Shown here piece after piece: positions 46,471 through 57,094 of a stretch of 62,037 bases of DNA. Each line of letters begins with the position of its first letter. Position 1 is the first letter of the stretch. A program made the translations under genes and the position numbers. Origin of the DNA: a virus (taxonomy: Duplodnaviria > Caudoviricetes); IMG/VR virus record IMGVR_UViG_3300021475_000012, positions 1 through 62,037 of that record. One strand, given 5' to 3'. The notes beneath the pieces were generated by a model. It did not search any database, was not told where the DNA came from, and saw only the letters and a program-made list of their open reading frames with translations.

Positions 46471-49400
46471 ACCACATTGAGAATCAGACCACCGCAGACA
46501 TAAGCCGTTCTTCCATCACCAGTGAGGAAGGTACGCACGGTTCCCTGAGCCAAGCCAGGGCCATACCCTCCCGGCGGAACAGGGGAGCCGCTTGCGGCTG
46601 TTTGCGGCCAGCCAACGGAGATACTGCTAATCCCAAAGTCATTCCCGAATATGTGATCGGTACACTGCACACCCTGTGTCCAGATCTGACCGGCGCTAAT
46701 CACGGTCTTGCTACCGATATGCATCGAGCCGTCATTCGCATTTAAGCCGATAGTGAGAATAGTAGGGGCAATACCGCCCCGCCCCACAAGTAGCGTGGTT
46801 GGAGATAGTTCAGAGCCAACAGCCCCACTGTAGATCGAGATCACCGTGGACCCAAGGTGGGTGATATTCGATCCGCCGCCACTCGATACCTCAACGCCGC
46901 TGGTTGAGTTAGAGATGTTGACGATGTTCCCGCCGCTGGTCGTAACGCTCAGCGAGGTGCCGGTGATCGAGCCACCGCTGATCGACGGGGAGTTCAGGCT
47001 TCCGTTGGTGATCTGCACAGAGCCTGCGGTGATCAGCACCTGACTAGTGTTATTGCTGATATTGATCGTTGTTGGGGTGATTACAACGCTGGCGGCACCA
47101 CCGTTAGAAACTGTAATGCCATTAGTAGCATCAAGCAGAATCTGGGAGACGTTGTTCAGCTGCAGCTGGAGTTGGCTTGGGGTGATCACCATCTTATTAG
47201 TGCCATGGGAGAGGGTGACCCCAGCGGTACTCATGTTCAACACGTTGCTGTTGCTGCCATCCACAAAGGCCAGCGCGTTGCTGTTGATGGTGACGCTGTT
47301 GGGGCCGTTGACGAATGTCAGCGCCGTAGCAGTGACGGTGAAGTAGGGGTGAGTGGTGTCTCCCTGGACCGTCCAGATGGTAAGCCCCGTTGAAGCCAGG
47401 AGGACTTGAGGACCGGTCCCTCCAGAGAAGAAGGAGAGACCACCGCTCTGGAATACGGCATAGGGGTGAGCGGTGAGTCCAGCAGTGCCGGTGGAGGGAT
47501 CGCTCTGCCCGAATAGGTAGATGCCGGTTGGGTTCTGCGCGGGGTCAGAGCCAGAGGTTGCAGCTTTCAGATAGATGACCGGCTCCCCTGGCCCGCGAGT
47601 GAGCACTACGTCTCCCGCGAATACGCTCGTGCCATAGGTGACTTTGTTGATGCCAAGACTGACGATCTTAGGGTCTACCACTGAGCCCGCAGCCAAGGCA
47701 TCGTTGCTTACAGTGATCGCAGCTGCAGCCATGTTATTGGCATGGACTACTTGGTCTCCCAGATAGATGTTGCTGATCTCTCCAGGTCCAATCGTCAGAG
47801 GCTGGCCGTTGCCGCCGGTAAGGGGCAGGGTGATCGTCGCTGGGTTGGCCGCTTTCATATTGAGCGCGGCACTGGGAGACTGAGGAATTAGGATGAAGTG
47901 ATCCGCGCCCCCCGGCCAACACTGCGTCTCCAGGGTGTAAGTGCCAGCACCGCCGGAGCCCGAAGAGTCGGTGCCCAAACGCGACACGTTATAGATCAGG
48001 AAACGAAACTCGCGATAGATGTTGGGAGTGCCATCCGGGTTCTCTGTGGGAGGGATGTCCCAGGTGGCAGGGCTATGGCCGTACTTCTGTAAGAGCGCGG
48101 TCTGATCCCGCGCCAGACCGGGAAGCTGCGTAATCTCGTCATGCACCCGCCCCAAAAATTGGCCGGTGGGGTCTGTGTTAGCGCCTTCCGGGTCGGGAGC
48201 AGGATGCCAGACGCCACTTACCGTTGCGCCCTTTTGAACCGTGATCAAAGTGAACCAGAGGTTGGGATCGACCGACACGGGCGGCGGCACCCACTGCAGC
48301 ATGTAATACTCCCAGTGCCAGATGCCGGGATCGTACAGGCTGTAGTCGATGATGTCGTTGGTGGCTGGGTTATTGACAAACTGCGCACCCGTGGTGCCGG
48401 TGGGAGAACAGGGGCCCACCGGGGGCACCGTGAAATGCACCGTGGCATAGATGGTGGGGTCGATGCCGCTAGAGATCTTGCCCGCGCCGCAGTAGCAGAT
48501 CCAGTTGCCCTCGCCGGTATTCATCGGCACCCAGACATCGCCGCTCTCGCGGGTGCCGTCAGTGCCCAGGTTGGAGTCCCCGATGCGGATTACCTGCCCT
48601 GCTGCGGTCAGGCTGTACCAGCCCTGCCAGACTGGCGTCTGCTTGCCGTAGTACAACCAGATGGTCACGGTGCGCGGGCTGGAGTAATCGTGGTCGATGA
48701 CGGGGATGATACCCACCGTGGTGTGCAGGCCTTGCTTGATGTCCTGATAGCGGGGACCAACCTCAGAAGCCGTCACCGACAGAACGTTAAAGGCGTCCCC
48801 TGGGTCAATGGGGGTGAACGGCGGAATGGTGATCGGAACGTCGTAGTGGTTGGCCAGGGTGGGGTTGCCGTTGAAAGCCACCATCTGGAGCGTGTTGGTG
48901 GTGGTGTTCGTAAAGTCCCCGGCACCTTGCGAGTTACGGTTGGCTACATAGAAACGGAAGCGAATATAGGCGAGACCGGAAATGTAGGTAACGGGAAGAT
49001 CGTGCAGCGTGTGACTGCCCCCGGTGATCTGCGTGCCGCCATAAGGCTGTTCGGGAACGATGGAAACATTGGCTGCGTTGAAATTCTCCACCGTGACGCG
49101 GACAAAGAAGTAGTCGCCAATGACCGGATCGGTGTAGGTCAGGCCGGGGATGATGCCGTACTGGGAGAAGCCGTCTGCGGAGATGACGTTGTATTGGGAG
49201 CCGATGGTAGCGGTGATCCCGGTGCTGGCGAGGGGCGTACTCAGGCCCAGCACCTGGAAGGGAGTCGAGCGGATTGCGCCAGGATACAGGGTGTTCAACT
49301 GGCTATCGGGGAACGGGGCGGGGTTGCCGCCCAGACTGCCTGCTACCGCCGCCACCATCCAGTTGCCGGTCTGCGCGGGGGCCAGCTGGTCCAGCTTCAA

Positions 49401-49781
49401 GGTCTGACCCACGGTGAGCATGCGTTGGGAACCATTCCAGGTCCAGCTTCCGCCGCCGTCCTGGGAGACCAGGAGGGTGACGCTCTGCGGCACCGGAACG
49501 ATAGGGACGACGCCAAGCGTCATGTGGACCAGCCGGTCCTGGTTCCCGGCATAGCGGGTGCCTATCTCCCCTGCCGAAGTGAAGCCGGTAACCGGCCCCG
49601 TCACATCGGTGCCGCCGCCCCCGCCGCCACCACCACCTCCACCTCCCCCACTCGCCGCCGTACCGTTCTCGCTGGCCGCGAGATAGTCGTAGGCTTTGCG
49701 GATGGCCTGGATCAGCGACACCGGCAGAGTCCGGTCCTCGTTGATCTTCACGCCATCGAGTTGGGGATAGATGATGCTCAT
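46467..49781 (-). CDS. Large tail fibre/spike protein
   Basis: 1104 aa; poly-Gly linker, Ig-like beta domains, C-terminal short beta repeats. Confidence 0.7.
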   Translation of the reverse strand: MSIIYPQLDGVKINEDRTLPVSLIQAIRKAYDYLAASENGTAASGGGGGGGGGGGGGTDVTGPVTGFTSAGEIGTRYAGNQDRLVHMTLGVVPIVPVPQSVTLLVSQDGGGSWTWNGSQRMLTVGQTLKLDQLAPAQTGNWMVAAVAGSLGGNPAPFPDSQLNTLYPGAIRSTPFQVLGLSTPLASTGITATIGSQYNVISADGFSQYGIIPGLTYTDPVIGDYFFVRVTVENFNAANVSIVPEQPYGGTQITGGSHTLHDLPVTYISGLAYIRFRFYVANRNSQGAGDFTNTTTNTLQMVAFNGNPTLANHYDVPITIPPFTPIDPGDAFNVLSVTASEVGPRYQDIKQGLHTTVGIIPVIDHDYSSPRTVTIWLYYGKQTPVWQGWYSLTAAGQVIRIGDSNLGTDGTRESGDVWVPMNTGEGNWICYCGAGKISSGIDPTIYATVHFTVPPVGPCSPTGTTGAQFVNNPATNDIIDYSLYDPGIWHWEYYMLQWVPPPVSVDPNLWFTLITVQKGATVSGVWHPAPDPEGANTDPTGQFLGRVHDEITQLPGLARDQTALLQKYGHSPATWDIPPTENPDGTPNIYREFRFLIYNVSRLGTDSSGSGGAGTYTLETQCWPGGADHFILIPQSPSAALNMKAANPATITLPLTGGNGQPLTIGPGEISNIYLGDQVVHANNMAAAAITVSNDALAAGSVVDPKIVSLGINKVTYGTSVFAGDVVLTRGPGEPVIYLKAATSGSDPAQNPTGIYLFGQSDPSTGTAGLTAHPYAVFQSGGLSFFSGGTGPQVLLASTGLTIWTVQGDTTHPYFTVTATALTFVNGPNSVTINSNALAFVDGSNSNVLNMSTAGVTLSHGTNKMVITPSQLQLQLNNVSQILLDATNGITVSNGGAASVVITPTTINISNNTSQVLITAGSVQITNGSLNSPSISGGSITGTSLSVTTSGGNIVNISNSTSGVEVSSGGGSNITHLGSTVISIYSGAVGSELSPTTLLVGRGGIAPTILTIGLNANDGSMHIGSKTVISAGQIWTQGVQCTDHIFGNDFGISSISVGWPQTAASGSPVPPGGYGPGLAQGTVRTFLTGDGRTAYVCGGLILNVV

Positions 49782-52700
49782 CTAGATCCTGGCTCCCACC
49801 ATGCGCGACTCAGCGCCGAATGGCGTATGCGAAGTGAAGGCAGAGGGGTAGTTGCCCTTGTCAGTCCAGTTCTTACAGCGCACTTCGCAGTCCTTCAGGA
49901 AGAGGCGGATGCCGCCGGTCGAGGTGATCGAGTAAGACTTCCACTTGGACTTCTGCGGGTTGAGCAGTAAGTAGGCTCGAGTATAGACGCCGTTCGACAC
50001 CGGCAAGACATAAGTGATGCTCCCGTATTCAGTGGTCACGGTAAAGTTAGGAGCGTCCGCGGAACCTATGTAGGCTATATAGCAGTCGAAGAGGTAGTTA
50101 TACCCAGGTAAGTCATGGTCGGTGGGCTGGGTGGTGTAAGTGGTAACCAGTTCGGGCTCCGGCTCCCAGACCCACTTGACCTCGTCGTAGAAGACACTGC
50201 AGGGAGTGCGCGGGGTCAGTTGCAGGTTGTGGCAGATGAAGGGAGTGGGGAAGCTGAAGGCCATGGTTGTCTTCTGACCGGCAGGGGTGGTGAAGGGGCC
50301 CACGGGGAAGGTGCCCACATCCGTAGTCAGATCGAACATCACCGATTGCCCGCCCGTGTCCATGGGGAAGACAACGCCCTGCATGAACTTCGCGCCCTGG
50401 TAACCGGCATCTGTCCAGGAGGAGGATTCGGTCTCTTTCTCCGGCCAGGGGTCCGCATCCCACTTGATCTCGCCGTACCAGACGCGGGCTGAAGTGCGCG
50501 GCTGGATGCGGAACTGGTGGATCACCAAGGGGACCGGGAAGCTGCAATAGACTGACGTCTTCACTGAAATAGCAGTGGTAAAGGGACCGAAGGGCACCGC
50601 TTGCCCCGTATCGGTATATAAGTCGAACATCACCGGCTGGCCGTTGGTCTCGATGGGAAGCGTAATCCCCCGGATGTACTTAGCGGAGGGGGTGCCGTTG
50701 TCTAGCCAGCCTGAGGACTCCACCTCTAACTCAGGCCACTCATCGGCGTCCCACTTGATCTCCTGCTCCCAGATGCGGCACTGGGCCCTGGGCGTGATCT
50801 GGCACTCGTGGAAAATCAGGGGGACGGTGAAGCCGCAATAGACAGAGGTCTTCACAGCGGCTGTGGTAGTGAAGGGCCCGAAGACGATGTCCGCGCCGGT
50901 ATCGGTGTGGAGATCGAACAGGACCGCCACGCCACCGGTATCCACGGGGATAGTGATGCCGCGAACAAACTTAGCTGAGATCGTACCGGCGGTATACCAG
51001 GGGCTGCGCCCCGTGCTGAACTCCGGCCAGGGTTCGAAGTCCCACTTGATCTCGCTATACCAGAAGCGGGCGGGTTGCTCACTGCGCAGCTGGAACTCAT
51101 GCGCGATGATCGGCGGAACGGGGTTCACCGGGAAGACATTCTTACTCAGCGAGTCGGTGCTCAAAGGAGCGAAGTTCACAGACTGGGTATTGCCGGTGCC
51201 ATCTGTGGGTTGCTGGTCATACAGGATAGACATCGTCACCGGATTGCCGTTGGTCTCAATGGGCAATTCGAAGCCGCGCAAGTATTTGGCACCGCTGGTG
51301 CCCAGGTTCTCCACGGGGCCGTAGAGGATGGCGCTTTCCGGCCACTCTTCGCCATCCCATTTGATCTCCTCGTACCAGACGCGGCAGGGGCTGGAAGGGA
51401 CCAGCTTCAGCTGATGCGCCAAGATAGGCGGGCTGAAAGAGTATTGGGCGGCGCTCTTGATAGTAAGAGATTGGGGAGAGACTGGGGCGGTGACATAGAC
51501 GTTCTCAGTGCCATCGGCGTTGTAGTAGCAGGCGAAGCCCAGCGCAGGAGCGGCGGGCCCTGAGACCGGCACGGTGAAGGCGCGGATGTACTTGGGCTTG
51601 GTGGTGCCCAGGTCGAGCCAGCTGCTCTCGATAGCAGTTAGATCAGGCCACTTCTCCCAAACCCACCGAATGCTAAATAACTCCCAGGTGTTGGCGTCTG
51701 TGGGCTGCAGCTGCATCTCTGAGCCCACGGCGGGGGTGATTGCAAAAGGCAGTTCCTGCTGGCCATTGGCGGTGACTGAGAGAGTGGCGACGACTGTGTC
51801 GTCGAGCAGGACGTTGACGACGCGGGGGGAGTTGAAGGTGTTCGCCTCGATGCACAAGCCGCGCAGATACTTGGCTCCCAGGTAGCCGTCATCGGTCTTA
51901 TCAGTGGCCAGAAGAGTGGTGATAATCGGCTTGGGAACATAGGTGTACTCGTACTGGTATAAGACGGCGGTTGCGTTTCCGGCGCTTACCCACTCGATGT
52001 CGAAGCCCCAGCTGGTGGAGAGAATCCCCAGCCCGTTCGGTTCGGTGGAATAGATCGCCTGGGTACGGTTGATGGCACCCAGGTTCTGCGAGGTCAGGCT
52101 ACTGCCGGAGATGTCGATCCAGGGGGTAACGCGGATACCGCTCAGGATGCTTCCGGCGGCGGCATCGATCATGTAGTCGCCATAGAGCTTGCGCACGCGG
52201 GGATCGCCCAGGTCGTCCTGGCGGGTGATCAGCCTGCAGTCCATTCCGGCCCCGGCGTCGTCGAAGGTGGGGTTGCGGTAATTCATCAGGTCGGTCCCCA
52301 CGCCGATGAGCAGGTTGTTCCCCGCGATCTCGATGCCGTGGCAGACGGGTGTCATTGAGACCCCTGAAGTGGCACTGGCGTATTGGTCGATACTGACCCA
52401 GCCGTTGGCCTGCTTGGAGTCGAAGACCAGGGTGTTATAGACGTTGCTGCTCAGGTCGTTACTCAGGCAGACATAGTCGTAGAACAACTCCCCCATGAAC
52501 CAGCAGAGCCGGTGGTAGCGCATCTGGTTGGAACTGGAGTAATCGGGCGGGTTGACGGGACGCGAGGGCGGCTCCGCGATCATCGGGAACAGCGTCGAGA
52601 CGGGGACTCCAGGCTGGTCATCGTGGGGGAAGAAGGGGTAGAGGTCACGGTCGGTCAGGGAGACCAGACCGGCGGAAGTGGACCAGTCGTAGATGCCGTC

Positions 52701-54287
52701 CTTGCCTACCCAGGTAATGCTCTGGTCTGCGGGATTGCCAGTGCTCTGGACGGTGAGAGAGTATTCGGCCCAGAGACCCTTGCCGCCGGGGACCTCCTGC
52801 ACGGTGAACTGACCGGCAACTGAGGAGGGGTAGATGCGGAACATGCGCTCTGTCGAGAAGACAAAGGGGGTGCCGTCATAGACACAGCCACCGCGCAGGG
52901 GCTCTGAGGGGCTGGTAACGATCAACGAGTTGGGAAGGTCGGTGGAGTCCGGGTCGTTGCCGTTGGTCCAGTAGAGAGTGCCGGAATCGGCATGGGTGCC
53001 ACCACAACCGAAGATGTAAGCGCCGCCCGTGCCGCCCGTGCCATAGGGGCCCCACATGTGAGGCAAGGCGGCTCCGGCTTTCAGGGTGCCCGTCGCCGTG
53101 GCCCAGGGGTAATACTGGGAACTCACCAGGAAAGCACTGACATCCTCAGTGATCTCTAGCTCCGTAGGGCTGATTACCTGATAGATCGTATAGGCTTGGT
53201 TGTCGATGGAGATCAGACTGCCGGGGAGCCAGTTGACATCGAACTGATCATTCGCACTGGTCAGGACCCAGGTACCATTTGCCTGCTTAAAGATCTGGTC
53301 CGGGGATACGCTATAGACCGCGTTCACCTGGACCACAAAGGGCCGGAGCAGGTTGGGACGGGCCACGCCGGTTATCGGGTCGAGCACGCTGGGGGGCCGG
53401 GGAGCGGTGGCGATCTGCGCGTCCGGGAGGTTGTCGTAGAAGAGCGTGTTGCCGGGGCCGTTCACCGTACCCACATAGCGATAGTCGAAGATCGTGCCGC
53501 CCCAGCGGTAGATATCGATCAGGATGTTAAAGTCCGGGTTTCCGGTCTGCGGGTCGATGGGAGTAGAGGGAGCCTGCACCACACCGACACCGTGCGTGGT
53601 GCCGTCCAGGACCAGTCCGGGAGTGGCCAGGGAGACGCGGGTCAGGGCCGATGGGTTGCTCTTCGCGCCGGTCCACTTGTTGCGATAGGCGAAGGCCCAC
53701 TGGTAGGAGCCCACCAGGGGGCCGGGATCGCCGGGGGTGGGGATTGTAGTGTTGATTGGCGGGGTGATGCCCTGGGTGATGGCCCGCGCCATGTGCGCCG
53801 TGGTGTCGCCGGGGTAATAGCCTATCGAGAAGTTGAGGTTGGCGTCTCCCACATACTTCCACCCGATGTTGGTTCCCACCGGGGCCATATCCACAAAGGA
53901 AACGGGGTTGCCGGAGAGCACGTTGTTGGTCGAGACCGGAATACGGATCGGGTTCAAGCTGGTGTTGAGCAGATCGGCTGGCGTGGCTCCCACATAGAAC
54001 TGGTTGAAGGTTCCGCCCTCGTTGACTCCCAGGGTGTAGACCTTGGTGAAACCGACTAAGTCAGTGTTGGAGTTGTTGAGGACCGCAATCGAATGGATGA
54101 AGCGGCGTCCCCCTCCAGCGAGATTGGCGAAATCGGCAAGGCCGGGACGGGTCTCTATGGTTTCCTGCTGGGTGATGCGGACATTCTTCGCATAGAGAAC
54201 CTGCCCGTCCGGGATGGTGTCGATGGTGCGGTTCCACTGCATGCCCTTGTGTGTGAAACGGGATGGCTTCCTCTGGAATTCCGGCAT
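49782..54287 (-). CDS. Tail nozzle/tubular protein B-like, with tandem C-terminal repeats
   Basis: N-terminal NV...IETRPG, beta-propeller-like middle, follows the adaptors. Confidence 0.7.
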   Translation of the reverse strand: MPEFQRKPSRFTHKGMQWNRTIDTIPDGQVLYAKNVRITQQETIETRPGLADFANLAGGGRRFIHSIAVLNNSNTDLVGFTKVYTLGVNEGGTFNQFYVGATPADLLNTSLNPIRIPVSTNNVLSGNPVSFVDMAPVGTNIGWKYVGDANLNFSIGYYPGDTTAHMARAITQGITPPINTTIPTPGDPGPLVGSYQWAFAYRNKWTGAKSNPSALTRVSLATPGLVLDGTTHGVGVVQAPSTPIDPQTGNPDFNILIDIYRWGGTIFDYRYVGTVNGPGNTLFYDNLPDAQIATAPRPPSVLDPITGVARPNLLRPFVVQVNAVYSVSPDQIFKQANGTWVLTSANDQFDVNWLPGSLISIDNQAYTIYQVISPTELEITEDVSAFLVSSQYYPWATATGTLKAGAALPHMWGPYGTGGTGGAYIFGCGGTHADSGTLYWTNGNDPDSTDLPNSLIVTSPSEPLRGGCVYDGTPFVFSTERMFRIYPSSVAGQFTVQEVPGGKGLWAEYSLTVQSTGNPADQSITWVGKDGIYDWSTSAGLVSLTDRDLYPFFPHDDQPGVPVSTLFPMIAEPPSRPVNPPDYSSSNQMRYHRLCWFMGELFYDYVCLSNDLSSNVYNTLVFDSKQANGWVSIDQYASATSGVSMTPVCHGIEIAGNNLLIGVGTDLMNYRNPTFDDAGAGMDCRLITRQDDLGDPRVRKLYGDYMIDAAAGSILSGIRVTPWIDISGSSLTSQNLGAINRTQAIYSTEPNGLGILSTSWGFDIEWVSAGNATAVLYQYEYTYVPKPIITTLLATDKTDDGYLGAKYLRGLCIEANTFNSPRVVNVLLDDTVVATLSVTANGQQELPFAITPAVGSEMQLQPTDANTWELFSIRWVWEKWPDLTAIESSWLDLGTTKPKYIRAFTVPVSGPAAPALGFACYYNADGTENVYVTAPVSPQSLTIKSAAQYSFSPPILAHQLKLVPSSPCRVWYEEIKWDGEEWPESAILYGPVENLGTSGAKYLRGFELPIETNGNPVTMSILYDQQPTDGTGNTQSVNFAPLSTDSLSKNVFPVNPVPPIIAHEFQLRSEQPARFWYSEIKWDFEPWPEFSTGRSPWYTAGTISAKFVRGITIPVDTGGVAVLFDLHTDTGADIVFGPFTTTAAVKTSVYCGFTVPLIFHECQITPRAQCRIWEQEIKWDADEWPELEVESSGWLDNGTPSAKYIRGITLPIETNGQPVMFDLYTDTGQAVPFGPFTTAISVKTSVYCSFPVPLVIHQFRIQPRTSARVWYGEIKWDADPWPEKETESSSWTDAGYQGAKFMQGVVFPMDTGGQSVMFDLTTDVGTFPVGPFTTPAGQKTTMAFSFPTPFICHNLQLTPRTPCSVFYDEVKWVWEPEPELVTTYTTQPTDHDLPGYNYLFDCYIAYIGSADAPNFTVTTEYGSITYVLPVSNGVYTRAYLLLNPQKSKWKSYSITSTGGIRLFLKDCEVRCKNWTDKGNYPSAFTSHTPFGAESRMVGARI

Positions 54288-54289
54288 GC

Positions 54290-55588
54290 TTATGCGGCAG
54301 GGGCTTCCTGCTCCTCCTTCTGGGACTGGCTGAACAGCGGAGTTAGGTAGCGGGCCTTGTAAGTGATCAGCTTGCTGCGCTGGGTCGCGCCTTTCAGGAA
54401 GTTGTCCAGGAGGGGCATGGACTGGACAAACTCGACGCCACCGACTTTGATCTGCAAGACGTGCCTGCAGTAGTCGAAGATGTAGGGCATCTCTTCGGGG
54501 CCTAGCTGGATGAAGTCGCCGGGAAGGTGGGGGATGGGCGCGGACTGCACCAGATCGCAGGTAATCGTGTAAGCGCTGTTGGGCACCTTGTAGAAGGCTA
54601 AGAGGTCGTAAGCGCAGGCCGCGATCTGCGGGATGCCCGTAGCCGTCTGCCAGTAGGGCTTGTGCGAGTCCAGGCTGGCCAAGGTGTCCAAAGGCATCAG
54701 CTTGTTGCTCACACGCACCTGGATCACTGAGCGGTGCAGGACGGCCAGATCCAGGAGAGAGCTATAGCGCTCCTCGCAATACTTGCTGCGGATCGGATCG
54801 AAGCCCTGCGAGTTGGTGCAGAGCACATCGTTCAACGCGCCATACTTCAGAGCGCACACCAGTTCATCGGGGACCAGGAAGGGGGTAGCGGCGGCTACGC
54901 TCAGCTGCAGAGTCTGGGCATAGGTGAGATGGATGCTACCCGCAGCGATGGGAGGGGGAATCACGTTCATGGTCCCCGGCATGGCTTCCACCTGGGAGTA
55001 GCCGTAGGGCTTGGCCGGGGTCAGGTTCCAGTTGGGCCGGTAAGACTGGGCCGCGAAACTATCGGTGCGGCGCAGGGGCGTAATCTTGCCCGTGGCTGTA
55101 TCGATCCAGGCGGCGCGGGCGATCAACGCCACCGACTGGGAAAGGGTCACTTGATTGGCCGGGGGCACGGGACCGGGGATCACGGCGAAGGTCAGGGGGA
55201 TGCGCGAGTCGATGACAAACTCGTTGCGGCGGCGGGATAGGGAATTGGTGATCTGGCCGATGGTGAACTGATCGGTCATGCCGGTGCCCGCCACGCCGCT
55301 AGGGGGCTCCAGGAGGTGGTACTGCATCTCCTTGGTTAAGTCATCGAAAGTGTAAGTGCGGGCGCGGAGCGCAGGGAATTGCGCCGCGAGGTCGTAAAAG
55401 GGGGCTCCTGAGGAAGTGGTGAAGGTAGAGCGGATGGTCCAATAGCTGGTGATGGCTCCCCACAAAAGCATGGCCTCGTTGAGAGCCCTCACCAATTCAT
55501 CCTGGGCCCAATACACATGGTTCGGATCACTTAGGATCTGCGCTAGTTCCGCAGTGAAGCTCGACTGGGTGTATTGGGTGTACGGCAA
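54290..55588 (-). CDS. Head-tail adaptor/tail tubular protein A-like
   Basis: WAQDELVRALNEA, PYGY, VIPPP, VPDELVCALKYGAL. Confidence 0.65.
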   Translation of the reverse strand: MPYTQYTQSSFTAELAQILSDPNHVYWAQDELVRALNEAMLLWGAITSYWTIRSTFTTSSGAPFYDLAAQFPALRARTYTFDDLTKEMQYHLLEPPSGVAGTGMTDQFTIGQITNSLSRRRNEFVIDSRIPLTFAVIPGPVPPANQVTLSQSVALIARAAWIDTATGKITPLRRTDSFAAQSYRPNWNLTPAKPYGYSQVEAMPGTMNVIPPPIAAGSIHLTYAQTLQLSVAAATPFLVPDELVCALKYGALNDVLCTNSQGFDPIRSKYCEERYSSLLDLAVLHRSVIQVRVSNKLMPLDTLASLDSHKPYWQTATGIPQIAACAYDLLAFYKVPNSAYTITCDLVQSAPIPHLPGDFIQLGPEEMPYIFDYCRHVLQIKVGGVEFVQSMPLLDNFLKGATQRSKLITYKARYLTPLFSQSQKEEQEAPAA

Positions 55589-55596
55589 GTCATCCT

Positions 55597-55839
55597 CTAG
55601 TACTTACCGGGTTTGTTAGAGCCTTTGATGTCAATCTGCGTGTCCCAGTTGCCGTTCTCGCCGGGGCCAAAGATATCCGCGCCGCCCTCTCCAGTGGCGT
55701 TCTTGGTGATGCTCTTATAGGAGTGGGTCGAACCTCCGTTCTTGTCTCCCACGTTGGCACTGCACATCGGAGTGTCGATCTGGCCCACGGTGGTGCCGTC
55801 CTCTCCGGGTTCGCGTCCTTTCATCTTCTCGTCAGCCAT
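55597..55839 (-). CDS. Small hypothetical protein
   Basis: AAGGAG SD. Confidence 0.65.
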   Translation of the reverse strand: MADEKMKGREPGEDGTTVGQIDTPMCSANVGDKNGGSTHSYKSITKNATGEGGADIFGPGENGNWDTQIDIKGSNKPGKY

Positions 55840-55849
55840 ATAAGTCTCC

Positions 55850-57091
55850 TTAGTAGTCGGGATAGAATGCGTGCCGCTGCAGCCAGGAGCCGTCCCGCCA
55901 GGGCCCCATATACGGTAGACCTTGGTAAGTCAGATTCTTGATGCCGGTGTCGTCATCCTTCTTTTCGAGTTCATAGATCAACCGCTCCGCAGTGGTGCGA
56001 TGGATGTTGGCCACGTTGACATCGCGGTAGGGGTTGGGTGAATCGGCGGTCCCCGGCCAGAGCGCCAGATTGGTAAGGGCCATCTCCACCAGGACATCGC
56101 CGCGCCGCGCCACAAAGTTCGGCAGGGCCGGATTCTCGTCGCTCAGGGCCGGAAGCTTGCAGGCATACTGGTAGGGATAGACATAGGGGGAGTTGATGGG
56201 CCGGGGCCACATCTCAAAGCGCGGCAGGCCGCTCGTGGCATCGGCTTGGCAAGAGATCACAAAGACATCCCCGGCAACGTAGACGCCAGCCGGGAAGAAC
56301 ACCTGGACCCCGTTAGAGAGGTCGATGGGGTTGAGGCTCGTTATAACTCCGGTGCCTGACGTAGTCCCGGTGTCTTGGAGCCACGAGAATTGAGCAGTCC
56401 CGGAGTTGCCCCCCTGCGTGATCGTAATAGAGTAGATTGAGTCTTCGGGGTAGCTGTAGCCAACTGCTGTTGTGGTGACTGGGGTCGAGCCGCTCCCTTG
56501 GATGCGAAGGGCTGGTCCAATAATCCCTTGGTGGTTTTGCGTAGTGTCATAGTAAGCCATTGCGTAAGCGATACCGGACTGGGAACGCTGCGGGTCGTAA
56601 GAATCCAACTCCGCTTGCGTGGCGTCATGGTTCAGCCGGTAGTTGCCGCTGGGGTTGACCACCGAATAAAAGTACTGGAAGTCGGTGGGAACGATGAAGT
56701 AGCACTGGAAGACGACATAGGCTTGGGTGGAGAGGCTGGGCCCCACCCAGGGCCGGTCCAGGACCAGCATGTTCGGGCTCACTACCTGGGTGATGGTATA
56801 GGTCGGGTAGGAAGAGCCGCCTATCGCGCCGATGCGGATCTGCTTGGTGACCATGTCCTGGATGAAGGTGGTGCCCACGCCGGTAACTACAGCGGAGTTG
56901 TCGATGGCAGAAACTGTGCCACCGGTTACGTAGATGGGCGAATAGAAGGAATTGGTCTTCATCAGCCACGTCCACTCCCGGCGTTCCGCCAGCTGATTGA
57001 AGGCGTCCCGGATCAGGTCCTGAGACAAATCGGGCCCCGCCGCCGGTACGCGCAGCAGAACCCGATTCCAGCATGTGGTGAAGTCGTCCAC
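55850..57091 (-). CDS. Head-tail adaptor-like protein with inserted beta domains
   Basis: IRDAFNQL...WTWL, VPTDF, EMWPRP. Confidence 0.65.
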   Translation of the reverse strand: MDDFTTCWNRVLLRVPAAGPDLSQDLIRDAFNQLAERREWTWLMKTNSFYSPIYVTGGTVSAIDNSAVVTGVGTTFIQDMVTKQIRIGAIGGSSYPTYTITQVVSPNMLVLDRPWVGPSLSTQAYVVFQCYFIVPTDFQYFYSVVNPSGNYRLNHDATQAELDSYDPQRSQSGIAYAMAYYDTTQNHQGIIGPALRIQGSGSTPVTTTAVGYSYPEDSIYSITITQGGNSGTAQFSWLQDTGTTSGTGVITSLNPIDLSNGVQVFFPAGVYVAGDVFVISCQADATSGLPRFEMWPRPINSPYVYPYQYACKLPALSDENPALPNFVARRGDVLVEMALTNLALWPGTADSPNPYRDVNVANIHRTTAERLIYELEKKDDDTGIKNLTYQGLPYMGPWRDGSWLQRHAFYPDY

Positions 57092-57094
57092 AAG

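Noticed and set aside
43871-49781. Diversity-generating retroelement acting on tail fibres
   Set aside because: No reverse transcriptase and no TR/VR pair seen
48141-49970. Long antisense ORFs (609 aa here; also 6301..7545, 29344..30471, 4962..5951)
   Set aside because: Shadow frames of GC-rich genes that carry recognisable motifs on the other strand
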